Shown here piece after piece: positions 29,479 to 40,497 of a stretch of DNA of 64,000 nucleotides. The first letter of the stretch is position 1. Every line of letters starts with the position of its first letter. Source of the DNA: an uncultured bacterium (lineage in GTDB: Bacteria; Krumholzibacteriota; Krumholzibacteriia; LZORAL124-64-63); assembly GCA_963727525.1 (NCBI GenBank), contig CAVSGO010000007.1:1056001-1120000 (forward strand), read 5' to 3'. The notes below the pieces were generated by a model, which searched no databases, was not told where the DNA came from, and saw only the letters and a list, made by a program, of their open reading frames with translations. Both the position numbers and the translations under genes were made by a program.

Positions 29479-30060
29479 TCATCGCCCCAGACCGTAGAGC
29501 GCGTGCGCCACGATGTAGTCCGCCACGGACGGCGGCAACACGTCGCGTGGCACGTGGCCGCGCGCGAGGTCGCGGCGGATGTCCGTGGCCGAGGCGGGAT
29601 GGGCGAAGTCCCGCACCACGGTGGCGCGTCCGGCCACGAGCGGCGGCAACGCACCGTCCCAGTCCCCGCGCGCGAAGACGAGCAACTTGGCGTCACGCAG
29701 CAGGCGTTCGACCTCCTGCCAGCGGTCGAACGCGGCGAGGTGGTCGGCGCCCACCACGAGACGCCACGTGTCGTCGGGGTGGCGTGCCGCAAGTGCGGTG
29801 AGCGTGTCGATGGTGTAGCTCGGCGCTGGGCGCGCGATCTCGCAGTCCTCGACAGTCACGTGCGGATCGTCCGGCACCGCCAGGCACACCATGGCGAGGC
29901 GGTCGGCGGCGGCCGCACGGGTGCCATCCTTGAACGGCGACTGCGCCGCCGGTACCAGGTGCACATGGTCGGCGAGCCCGTCGCCGAGGATGCGCGCGAT
30001 CAGAGCCACGTGACCGTCGTGGATGGGATCGAAGCTGCCGCCCAGGAGGGCGCGGATCAT
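29479..30060 (-). CDS. nadD: nicotinate-nucleotide adenylyltransferase
   Basis: 'LLGGSFDPIHDGH', 'SPFK', 'SYTIDTL', 'VGAD', 'SATDIR'. Confidence 0.92.
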   Translation of the reverse strand: MIRALLGGSFDPIHDGHVALIARILGDGLADHVHLVPAAQSPFKDGTRAAAADRLAMVCLAVPDDPHVTVEDCEIARPAPSYTIDTLTALAARHPDDTWRLVVGADHLAAFDRWQEVERLLRDAKLLVFARGDWDGALPPLVAGRATVVRDFAHPASATDIRRDLARGHVPRDVLPPSVADYIVAHALYGLGR

Positions 30061-30854
30061 GAGTTGTCGATGTCGCCGGGCGGGGGCGTCCGACCATCGA
30101 GCGCGGCCAGCTCGCTGCGAGCGCGCGATGCGAGCATGCTGTCGGGGTATTCGTCGAGCAGGCGCTGGTACATGGTGCGCGCGGTGGCGTCGTCGTCGAG
30201 GTGGTGGGCCACCTCGGCACGCCGCAGCAGGACCTGGTCGATCAGGGTGCTGCCCGGCTCCTCGTCGAGGATGTAGTCGAGCGTGATGGCCACGGCCTGC
30301 CAGTGGCCGAGCTGTCGGTACACGTTGACGGCGCGCAAGCGCTTGCGCACGAGGAGATCGGAGATCTCGGCAAGCTTGGCCTTCGCATCCGAGGCATACT
30401 GCGAGTCCGGGTAGTTGCGCAGGAATTTCTGGAGCTGTGCGCGCGCGTCGTAAGCGCCGGAGACGTCGCGCTCCACGCGGCCGATCTCGTCGAGGTAGGC
30501 CACGCCCTCCTGGTACATGGCGTCCTCCACGCGCGGGCTCGTGGGATAGTCTTTCTGCAGGATCTGTAGCTCGACCGCGGCCAGCGGGTACTCCTTGACC
30601 TTCATGTACTCGATGCCCTTGCGGTACTGGGCCTCGGCGGCCAGACTGTCGGCGGGATTGTGCCGCACGAAGAGGCCGAAAGCGTCGGCGGCCTCCTGGG
30701 GCCGGTCGTGGTCGGAATAGAACTCCGCACGCTGAAAGCTGCCCACGCTGTAGGGATTGGAGGCGGCACAGCCGAGGAACACGCCGAGACCGACCACGAC
30801 TATGGCGGCCGCCGTCTGGCGGCCTGCACAGCGAACACCCACGAGCGCCTCCAA
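30057..30854 (-). CDS. bamD: outer membrane protein assembly factor BamD (TPR lipoprotein)
   Basis: Lipobox 'FLGC', TPR repeats, 'ERDVS', 'FLRNYPDSQY'. Confidence 0.8.
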   Translation of the reverse strand: MEALVGVRCAGRQTAAAIVVVGLGVFLGCAASNPYSVGSFQRAEFYSDHDRPQEAADAFGLFVRHNPADSLAAEAQYRKGIEYMKVKEYPLAAVELQILQKDYPTSPRVEDAMYQEGVAYLDEIGRVERDVSGAYDARAQLQKFLRNYPDSQYASDAKAKLAEISDLLVRKRLRAVNVYRQLGHWQAVAITLDYILDEEPGSTLIDQVLLRRAEVAHHLDDDATARTMYQRLLDEYPDSMLASRARSELAALDGRTPPPGDIDNS

Positions 30855-30871
30855 GATCCTTTGTGACCGGA

Positions 30872-31537
30872 TCAGTTTGTATTCTGGAAGTACACCGCCA
30901 CCAGGCCCGCCAGGGCTCCGAGCACGACCACCTGCTCGAGTCGGCGATGCCAGCCGCTATCCTGCGCCTGGGCCATGGTGAACGGAAACGCCGCATCCTG
31001 CACGCCCGCGAGATCGTCCGACGACACGCGGTCCCGATAGCTGCGACGCACGTGCTCATTGTACACCACGCGGCCGCCCGGAGTTTCGACGAGCATGAAC
31101 GACCCGCCGAACACGAGGCTGCGCCCCACCCACTGCCGCCAGATGCCCAGCCGGCGTCCGGTCTCGGGATAGGCGACCGCGAGGTCGAGCACCTCGTAGC
31201 GCAGCTCGTAGGCGGGGCTGTCGGACGTGCCCTTCACAGCTTCGACGTGGACCTCGTACCCGGCGCGCTGCAGGCGACTCGTGAGCACGGTGGTGAGCAG
31301 GCCCGTGCCCTTCTCCCGGTCGGCCGGCACGAGGGAGACGACGGCCGGAGCCGGCGGCATTGCCGCGATCACGGGCTCGGACGCCTCGGCCATGAGTGCC
31401 TCGGTCAGCCAGAGGTTCGTGCGCACGGTATCGGCCGCGGTGAGCTGGAAGCCCTCGGCCACCGTGTCGGCCTCGGACGTCCGCGGCGCGAGAAGGAGCA
31501 GACCTGCCAGAGCGAAGAGGACGCTGCGTCGGATCAT
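30872..31537 (-). CDS. hypothetical exported protein with C-terminal TM anchor
   Basis: N-terminal signal peptide (MIRRSVLFALAGLLLLAP) and C-terminal hydrophobic helix 'LEQVVVLGALAGLVAVYF'. ATG overlaps the rimO stop. Confidence 0.7.
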   Translation of the reverse strand: MIRRSVLFALAGLLLLAPRTSEADTVAEGFQLTAADTVRTNLWLTEALMAEASEPVIAAMPPAPAVVSLVPADREKGTGLLTTVLTSRLQRAGYEVHVEAVKGTSDSPAYELRYEVLDLAVAYPETGRRLGIWRQWVGRSLVFGGSFMLVETPGGRVVYNEHVRRSYRDRVSSDDLAGVQDAAFPFTMAQAQDSGWHRRLEQVVVLGALAGLVAVYFQNTN

Positions 31538-32961
31538 GCGGTCTCCCTCCCGGTACCGGACACCGGTTCGGCCCAGACATCGTAGGGCGTGACGCCGGTG
31601 AAGCGGGCCCGTACCCACTCGCCCGGCTCGTAGCGGCGGTCGCCGGCGGCCAGCACGACGACACCGTCGAGATCGTAACCGAAGTGCTGGCTGCGGCCAA
31701 GGACCACGGCGGGGCGGCCCTGCGTCCGGGCCCCGTCCGCGTTCTCCAGCCAGACACCGTCGGCCAGGGCGCCACGCAGCTCCCGCACCCGGTCCGGCTC
31801 GGGCGACGCATCGTCGACGACGACGTCGTGCACCTCGCCCAGGCGCGCAGCCATGCGGCGACCGGCGATCTCTGCGTGCAGATCGAGGATGCGGGCCTCG
31901 CGGTCAGCCACCTCCTCGTCGGCCACGCGGCCCGGCATGGTGGCCGCCGGCGTGCCGGCCTCCGGAGAATAACGGTACGTGCCGAGGTGGTCAAATTCCA
32001 CGGCGGCGAGGAAGTCCGCGAGAAGCTCGACGTCTTCCTCCTCCTCGCCGGGGAAGCCCAGCAGCGCCGTCGTGCGCAGCACGACGTCAGGACGCTCGCG
32101 ACGCAGCGTGGCGAAGAAAGCCGCCGCCTTCTGCGGATCGCCTGGGCGTTTCATGGCTTTCAGCAGCCGGGGCGACGCGTGCTGGATAGGCAGGTCGAGA
32201 TAGGGCGCCACCTTCGGCAGCGCGAGGATGCGCAGGGCGCGCTCGGCCGGGAAGAGTCCGGCGTAGAGGTAGAGCATGCGGATGCGGCGCAGGCCGTCGA
32301 TGCCGCCCAGCGCCTCGAGCAGCCCTTCCAGGTCCTCGCCCGTGCCGCGGCCGAAGTCGCTCGTGTTCTGGGATACGAGCTGCACCTCGCTCACGCCTTG
32401 CGCGGCGAGGTAACGCACCTCCTGCACAATCTCGGCCACCGGCCGACTGCGCAGGGTGCCGCGGATGAGCGGGATGCGGCAGAACGTGCACTTCTGGTTG
32501 CAGCCCTCGCCGATCTTCACGAAGGCCACGTGGCCCGGCGTGAGCAGGGTGCGCTTGACGAGGCCGGTGTACCGCGCCTCCACCGCGGGCACCCGCAGCC
32601 ACTCGGCGAATCCGGCCACTGCCGCCTCGACCACGCGGTCGAACTCACCCACGCCGCCCACCACGTCGACCTCGGGGTGACGGCGGGCTATGGCGTCGCC
32701 GTGCTCCTGGGCCAGGCAACCCGTGACAACGAGGGTGCGCCCCGCCTTCTCGCGCGCGAAGGTGGCGATGGCCTCCTCGCTGTCACGCCGGGCAGCCTCG
32801 ATGAAGCCGCAGGTGTTGAGCACCCAGATGTCGGCGTCGCCGGGTTCGCGCGCGGCCACGATACCGCGATCGGCGAAGCGTCCCAGCAGGGCCTCGGAGT
32901 CCACCAGGTTCTTGTCGCAACCCAGGGTGTGGACGTACACCCGGCGCGGGGAGTCGTTCAT
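31534..32961 (-). CDS. rimO: ribosomal protein S12 methylthiotransferase
   Basis: 'TLGCDKNLVDSE', 'NTCGFIEAA', radical SAM motif 'GCNQKCTFCRIP', 'GFPGE', TRAM-like C-terminus. Confidence 0.93.
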   Translation of the reverse strand: MNDSPRRVYVHTLGCDKNLVDSEALLGRFADRGIVAAREPGDADIWVLNTCGFIEAARRDSEEAIATFAREKAGRTLVVTGCLAQEHGDAIARRHPEVDVVGGVGEFDRVVEAAVAGFAEWLRVPAVEARYTGLVKRTLLTPGHVAFVKIGEGCNQKCTFCRIPLIRGTLRSRPVAEIVQEVRYLAAQGVSEVQLVSQNTSDFGRGTGEDLEGLLEALGGIDGLRRIRMLYLYAGLFPAERALRILALPKVAPYLDLPIQHASPRLLKAMKRPGDPQKAAAFFATLRRERPDVVLRTTALLGFPGEEEEDVELLADFLAAVEFDHLGTYRYSPEAGTPAATMPGRVADEEVADREARILDLHAEIAGRRMAARLGEVHDVVVDDASPEPDRVRELRGALADGVWLENADGARTQGRPAVVLGRSQHFGYDLDGVVVLAAGDRRYEPGEWVRARFTGVTPYDVWAEPVSGTGRETA

Positions 32962-32977
32962 GCGGGCACCTCTATGG

Positions 32978-35327
32978 TCAATCATCGAGATCCGGTAGGT
33001 CATCCCCGAAAAGATCGGGCAAGTCGGCCGGTTTGACGAGCACGTCGCGCGCCTTGCTGCCGGTGAACGGCCCCACGATACCCGCCTCCTCCATCATGTC
33101 CATGAGTCGACCGGCCCGGGTATAGCCGATCCGCAGGCGCCGCTGCAGGAGCGACGTGGAGCCACTCTGGTGCGTCACGACGACACGGACGGCGTCGTTG
33201 AAGAGATCATCGTCGCCGGTGTGCACGCCCGCGGAGCCGTCGGCGCCGCCGGCGGTGAGGGAGATCTCCTCGGCCACGTGGGAGTACTCGCGCCAGTGCG
33301 CCGCCACGGCCTCGCACTCCTCCACCTCGACCAGCGCCCCATGCACGCGCACGGGCAGGGCGCGGCCGGGCTGCAGGTAAAGCATGTCGCCCTTGCCGAG
33401 CAAGGCCTCAGCGCCATTCATGTCGAGGATCGTGCGCGAGTCGTTCTTCTGGATCACTCGGAAGGCGATGCGGCAGGGGATGTTGGCCTTGATCACGCCG
33501 GTGAGCACGTCCACGCTGGGACGCTGCGTGGCCAGGATGAGGTGGATGCCCACGGCGCGCGCCTTCTGGGCGAGGCGGGTTACGGGGATCTCGAATTCCT
33601 GGCCGAGCTGCATCATGAGGTCGGCCAGCTCGTCGACGATGGTCAGGTAGTAGGGCATGGGCTCGGTGATGGGATCGCCGTCGGGCCTGGTGACCTCGCC
33701 GCGCGCCACCTTGGCGTTGTACTGCTCGATGTTGCGCACCGAACACTTGGCGAGCTGGCGATAGCGCAGGTCCATCTGCGCCGTCATCCATTTCATCGCT
33801 CGCAGGGCCTCCTTGGGATCCGTGACGACCGGCAGCAGGAGGTGCGGGATGCCGTTGTACACGTTCAGTTCGAGCATCTTGGGATCGATGAGCAGCAGCC
33901 GTAGCAGCGACGGGTCGTTGTAGAGCAGCAGGTTGGTGACCATGGCATTGATGCAAACCGATTTCCCGCTGCCCGTGGAGCCGGCCACCAGCAGATGCGG
34001 CTGTGCCGCGAGGTCGATGGCCACCGGCTGCCCCTCGACGTCCTTGCCCAGCACCACGGTGAGCGGATGGCGCGGCTGGGTGCGCGTGGCCTCGACCACC
34101 TCGCGCAGGCGCACGATCTGCGCCTTGCTGTTGGGGATCTCGATCCCCACGGCGGCCTTGCCCGGAATAGGCGCCTCCATGCGCAGCGAGCGCGCCTTCA
34201 TGGCCAGCGCGAGATCGTCGGACCGCTGCACGATCTGACTGACGCGGATACCCGCCGCCGGCTGGTACTCGAAGGTGGTGACCACCGGCCCCGGTCGCAC
34301 GTCCTTCACTTCGCCCTGTACGCCGAAGGAGCGCAGGGTGTCCTCGAGCAGGTCGGCCTCGGCGTCGAGCTCGGCAGGGCTCAGCTCGAGCTCCTCCTCC
34401 TCGGGCTCGCGCAGCAGATCGAGATCCGGCAGCTCCACCGGACCCTCGGGGTTGAACGCGGGCGCGAAGCCCAGTTCCGCGTCGGCCGCGCCGATTGCGG
34501 CCGCGACCGGTTGCAGTACGCGCTCGTCGGGTTCGGGCGGCAGGTGCAGGCGGCGCTGCTTGGGCGGAGGCGGCAGGGCGTTGGTATCCTCCTCCTCGTC
34601 CTCCTCGTCGTCTTCCGGCGCCGGCGCCCCCCCGCGCGCGGACGGGGCGCGGCGCCCCCGCGAGGGCTTCGGCTCCGACGTCGCCGACCGCGGCCACAGG
34701 CTGGCCAGGCCGCGCCACATGCTGCGTCCCAGCGCCGCCAGACCGCGGCCGATCCCGGTCAGCAAGACTCCCAGGCCACGGCCCAGCAGCTCGAGAACGG
34801 CTCGCAGGGGCGGCAACCAGGGGCGCAGGATCACGAGCACGACGACCAGGACCGCGAGGCCCGTGAAGAGGCGCCCTCCGCCCAGGCCAAAGACCGCGGT
34901 GAGGCCGCGGGCGATCCACACGCCCGACGCACCGGCCCAGCGCGCGGACACGTCGGGCCCCCAGGACCACCCGGGCAACCCGGCCATGGCCACGGTGGCC
35001 AGCCATAGCGGCGCGAGGCGCGCGAGCAACCAGCGCAGCAAGGCCGTACGATTGATCAGGCCCCCCACGCCCACGAGCGCCAGAACCACCGGCACCCCCC
35101 AGCACCAGGCGGCCCCGAAGAGGGCGTTCAGGGCGACATCGAGCACGGCGCCCACGGGCCCGCCCGGATGGCCGGGAGTGAGCAGAGTCGGCAGGTGCTC
35201 GCCCCGTAGCAGGCGCCACCAGGGCACCGTGGGGCCGGTGAGGGACAGACCGATGTACGCCGCCAGCGCCAGCAGGCACAGGCCCATCAACCAGGACGAT
35301 TCGTACCAGGGACGATGACTCGGGGCG

Positions 35328-35356
<29 letters not shown>
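32978..35356 (-). CDS. ftsK: DNA translocase FtsK/SpoIIIE
   Basis: N-terminal TM domain, 'PGPVVT', '[14 protein letters not shown]', 'IDPKMLE', 'ATQRPSVDV', gamma domain '[14 protein letters not shown]'. Confidence 0.95.
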
Positions 35357-36710
<1,354 letters not shown>

Positions 36711-36821
36711 GCGACGCATCCTCGCTGCGGGCCCATCGTTTACGCACGCCGGAGTCCACCGCCGACGGGTGGCCGACCCCGGCCCATGGTCGGGCATGGC
36801 GGCCGTGTTGGCAAGGGGTGC

Positions 36822-38047
36822 GTTGTACCCGCGAAATTGTGCATGCCTGGTTCCACGGTCGGAATTCATTGACCGCCGCGCCCGCTTCTAGAACGCGTAC
36901 TTCAGCTCGTGCCGCCGATTCACCCCCAGTACCGGCGTCTCCACCAGACCCCAGTAGTACTCCCGCCACCTCTCAGGCAACCCGATCCGCCCTGGAAACA
37001 ACCGTATCTCCAGGATGTCTGCCACCGTCAACCGCCGCGCCACCAGCCCCCGCAACATCGCCGGCGTCGACCAGCACCGCTTCTCCCAGCGCTTCTTCAC
37101 GAAGTTCTTCCACACCACGAACACCGCGAATCGCTCCGCCGCGGCCTGACGGCGCCGTGCGAATGCGATCGTCTCCCGCCGATGATCCGCCCGACTGTGC
37201 CGGATGAATGCATCCAGCGCGTTGATCTCGAACAGCGGATTGCGAGTATCCCGCTTCGCCCGCGAACTGATCGTCTGGTGGTCGATTTCAACGGCCAGTC
37301 CCCGCATCGCCCGCGGATAGGCCTGATGCTCGTCGCTATGCACCGTCGCCACGGTGGCCCCGGCCAGGGTGACCTCGAGCACCTCGCGCATCCCTTGCTC
37401 GACAGCTTTCGGGTCAGGCGTCCCGAACGCGGCTTCGAGCGCTGCTCGACGCATCTTCTGGGCCTCGCTCATCCGGCCGCTTCGCCGCTGCGGCGCCTCG
37501 GTGAAGTGCTCGACGAAGCTGTTGTCCCGGTTGACGGCGACCAGGAACTCGAACGGGTAGTCCTGGCTGTACTCGAAGGTGACGAAGCCATCGATGGCGA
37601 TGTCAGCGGGAGGAGACGCTCCGGTGAGCATGTGTCGCTGAAAGAGCAGGCAGTGGCGGCCGAGGCGGGCGAGCTGGAGATCGGCGGTCGCGGGAGCACA
37701 TTTGAGCGTCCGGGCCGCCTGGCGGTTGGCCATGGCGTTGACGGAGAGATCGAGGATCAGGGGCAGCAGAAGCGGCTTCTTGAGCCAGTAGGTGGTGGAG
37801 AAGGTCTGTTTGGAGAAGGATCGGCCGCAGTGTCGGCACTGGAAGCGGGGGACGAGGTGGGGCGGGTTGAGTCGTCGGAAGTACCCGCGCCTGAGGAAGG
37901 GCCAGGGGCCGTGCATGTGGTGGTGGTGGTGGCAGTTGGGGTTGGGGCAGTGAGGCGGGGACCAGGGTTGAGCTGAGGGCGAAGTCGGTGAGCACATGGC
38001 CTCGGGTCAGGCAAGCACCGGGCCATGCACAATTTCGCAGGTACAAC
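36822..38047. mobile_element. insertion-sequence-like element (1226 bp) with 24-bp terminal inverted repeats
   Basis: Left end GTTGTACCCGCGAAATTGTGCATG (36822-36845). Right end (38024-38047) reverse complement GTTGTACCTGCGAAATTGTGCATG. 23/24 identity, enclosing one transposase-like ORF. Confidence 0.85.
36888..37997 (-). CDS. putative IS1/IS1595-like transposase
   Basis: Zinc ribbon CPNPNC...CRHC, HTH-like 'ANRQAARTLKC', acidic motifs 'IAIDG' and 'VHSDEHQAY', C-terminal 'STPAMLRGL..RRLT'. Confidence 0.75.
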   Translation of the reverse strand: MCSPTSPSAQPWSPPHCPNPNCHHHHHMHGPWPFLRRGYFRRLNPPHLVPRFQCRHCGRSFSKQTFSTTYWLKKPLLLPLILDLSVNAMANRQAARTLKCAPATADLQLARLGRHCLLFQRHMLTGASPPADIAIDGFVTFEYSQDYPFEFLVAVNRDNSFVEHFTEAPQRRSGRMSEAQKMRRAALEAAFGTPDPKAVEQGMREVLEVTLAGATVATVHSDEHQAYPRAMRGLAVEIDHQTISSRAKRDTRNPLFEINALDAFIRHSRADHRRETIAFARRRQAAAERFAVFVVWKNFVKKRWEKRCWSTPAMLRGLVARRLTVADILEIRLFPGRIGLPERWREYYWGLVETPVLGVNRRHELKYAF

Positions 38048-38098
38048 CCAACGCAAGCGGGGAGCCCGGAAAGGCCCCCCGCCTCGACCGGCCCCCGC

Positions 38099-39244
38099 TC
38101 AGGAGCGAGAGGGTTCGGCCTGGGGAATCGACGGCGTGGCTTCGAAGCGGTCCCATGTGGTGTCGCTGCTACCCTGGATACCCTTGACACGCAGCGCGAA
38201 CTCGTGCGGGTTGCTCGAGGCGTGCATGGCTGCATCGAGGGTGATCTTGTTCTGCTTGAAGAGCTGCATGAGCGACTGATCGAAGGTCTGCATCTGATAC
38301 TGCACGAAGCCTTCCTGGATCGCCTGGCGAATGAGCACCGTCTTCTCCGGGTCGCGGATGTAGTCGCGGATGGTGCTGGTGGCGATCATGATCTCGGCGG
38401 CCGGGTACCGGCGCTCGCCCGCCGGATCAGCGACCAGGCGCTGGGAGATGACGGCCTGCATCGTGGAAGCGAGCAGGAAACGGATTTCTTGATGCTGGTG
38501 CGGCGGGAAAAACGAGATGATGCGGCTGATCGTCTGCGTGGCGTCGATGGTGTGCATGGTGCTCAGCACGAGGTGGCCCGTGTCGGCCGCCGTGAGGGCG
38601 ACGCGCATCGACTCGGTGTCGCGGATCTCGCCGATGAGGATGGTGTCGGGATCCTGACGCAGGATGTGCTTGAGCGCCTCGGGATAGCCGCCGGTGTCGG
38701 CGCCGATCTCGCGCTGGCTGATGATGCTCTTCTTGTCCCGGTGCAGGAACTCGATCGGGTCCTCGATGGTGATCACGTGGCACGAGCACTCGGTGTTGAT
38801 GATGTCGACCATCGAGGCAAGGGTCGTGGACTTGCCGCTGCCGACGGTGCCGGTGACCAGGATCATGCCGCGCGGTTTGATGGCGAGGTCGCGAATCACG
38901 GCGGGCAACTGCAGTTCCTCGAGAGTCTTGATCTGCACGGGCACGTGACGGAAGACCATGGCGATGGAGCCGCGCTGCACGTAGAAATTGGCGCGGAAAC
39001 GGGCCACGCCGGGCACGCCGAAGGCGAAGTCGATCTCGCGCGTCTTCTCGAACTGCTCGCGCTGAGTGGCCGTGAGGATCTGCTGGGCGATCGCCACCAT
39101 GTCCTGCACGGCGGGCGCGCCATGGGACATGAAGACGAGATGCCCGTTGATACGCAGGACGGGCGGCGAGGCGACCTTGAGATGCAGATCGCTGGCCCCC
39201 CGCTCGATCATTTCTTTCAGGATACGCTTGATGTCCAGAGCCAC
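38099..39244 (-). CDS. PilT/PilU-family type IV pilus retraction ATPase
   Basis: 'GASDLHL', 'RFRANFY.QRG', 'GTVGSGKSTT', 'TIEDPIEF', 'QREIG', 'LRQDPD.ILIGEIRD', 'TGHLVLSTMH', 'MQTFDQSL'. Confidence 0.92.
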   Translation of the reverse strand: MALDIKRILKEMIERGASDLHLKVASPPVLRINGHLVFMSHGAPAVQDMVAIAQQILTATQREQFEKTREIDFAFGVPGVARFRANFYVQRGSIAMVFRHVPVQIKTLEELQLPAVIRDLAIKPRGMILVTGTVGSGKSTTLASMVDIINTECSCHVITIEDPIEFLHRDKKSIISQREIGADTGGYPEALKHILRQDPDTILIGEIRDTESMRVALTAADTGHLVLSTMHTIDATQTISRIISFFPPHQHQEIRFLLASTMQAVISQRLVADPAGERRYPAAEIMIATSTIRDYIRDPEKTVLIRQAIQEGFVQYQMQTFDQSLMQLFKQNKITLDAAMHASSNPHEFALRVKGIQGSSDTTWDRFEATPSIPQAEPSRS

Positions 39245-39383
39245 GAGGACGCTCCTTGCTGGCATACGCGAACCGGCCGTCGCGGACGGCGGAGGGGCGG
39301 ACGAGCCCCCTTCACCTGCGATGATCGGCCGGGGCGCGTCGAACTTGAGCCAGGGAGCGCGGAGCCATCTGGCGAGACCCCGG

Positions 39384-39821
39384 TCAGGGTTCGATGCGGA
39401 ACAGCACGGCCTCGGCCTCCACCGGGCCGCCGTCGACAGCCAGGATCTCCCTCACCGTGCCGCCGAATTCCGCCTCGATCTCGTTCATCACCTTCATGGC
39501 CTCGATGATGCAGAGGGTCTGTCCCGCCGTCACCCGGGAGCCCACCGACACGAAGGCCTCCGACCCGGGGGCCGGAGAACGATAGAACGTGCCCACGATG
39601 GGAGAGGTCACGTCGCGCCAGCCCGGTGTGGGCGTGGCCGGTGGCGGCGGAGCCGCGTTCGGCGTCACAGCGGCCATGGGCGGCGGTGCCGGCGGGGCGA
39701 CCGGGGCGGCCGCACCCGTCTTGCAGATGCGCACGGTGGTCTCGCCGTTCGTCACCTCCAGCTCGGCGATGCCGCTCTCCTCGACCAGCTTGACCAGTTC
39801 TCGCACCTTTTCGATATCCAT
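39384..39821 (-). CDS. accB: acetyl-CoA carboxylase biotin carboxyl carrier protein
   Basis: Pro/Ala linker, 'SPIVGTFYRSP', 'IIEAMKVMNEI'. Confidence 0.95.
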   Translation of the reverse strand: MDIEKVRELVKLVEESGIAELEVTNGETTVRICKTGAAAPVAPPAPPPMAAVTPNAAPPPPATPTPGWRDVTSPIVGTFYRSPAPGSEAFVSVGSRVTAGQTLCIIEAMKVMNEIEAEFGGTVREILAVDGGPVEAEAVLFRIEP

Positions 39822-39846
39822 GCGTGTCCTTCCCGTTCGGACCGGC

Positions 39847-40404
39847 TCAGACCCGCCCGAGATACTTGCCCGTCCGCGTGTCGATCTTGAGGACCTCGCC
39901 CTCCTCGATGAAGAGCGGCACCTGTACCACGAGCCCCGTCTCCAGAGTGGCCGGCTTGGAGCCGCCCTGCGCGGTATCGCCGCGCAGGCCGGGATCAGTC
40001 GACGCCACTTCCAGTTCCACGGTCACCGGCGCCTCGACGCTCAGCGGCTTGTCATCGAGCAGGAGGGCGTTGCAGATGACGCTTTCCTTGACGTACAGCG
40101 GCAGGTCGCCGAGGGAATCCTGCGGCAGCATGATCTGTTCGTACGTCTCCATGTTCATGAACGTATAGAACTCACCGTCGTTGTAGAGGTACTGGTAGTC
40201 GCGCCGCTCGAGGCGTACTTCCTCCACCTTCTCACCCGCACGGAACGTCTCTTCTATGACCTTGCCGCTCGTGACGCCCTTGAGGCGCGTCCGCACGAAA
40301 GCCCCGCCCTTGCCCGGCTTGATGTGCTGGAACTCGACGATGGTCCACAGGTCGCCCCTGTGCCGGATGGTGTAGCCGGTGCGAAAGTTGGTTGTATCCG
40401 CCAC
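39847..40404 (-). CDS. efp: elongation factor P
   Basis: 'HIKPGKGGAFVR', 'GLRGDTA', 'KPATLETG', 'VPLFI', 'DTRTGKY'. GTG start at 40404. Confidence 0.95.
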   Translation of the reverse strand: MADTTNFRTGYTIRHRGDLWTIVEFQHIKPGKGGAFVRTRLKGVTSGKVIEETFRAGEKVEEVRLERRDYQYLYNDGEFYTFMNMETYEQIMLPQDSLGDLPLYVKESVICNALLLDDKPLSVEAPVTVELEVASTDPGLRGDTAQGGSKPATLETGLVVQVPLFIEEGEVLKIDTRTGKYLGRV

Positions 40405-40497
40405 GGTCGCCTGCCTTTCTTTTGAGACAGCGATCAAGGTGTTTTGCCTGCCAATGGATAGCATCCGCCTCGCGGCTTGGCAACGAGGATACCGCGA

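Noticed and set aside
36800-38070. Target-site duplication around the IS-like element
   Set aside because: No matching direct repeat found by eye for several plausible end positions.
39847-40404. EF-P modification system
   Set aside because: EF-P has the KPGKG loop, but no epmA/epmB/earP is in the window. lysS is a full-length LysRS, not EpmA.
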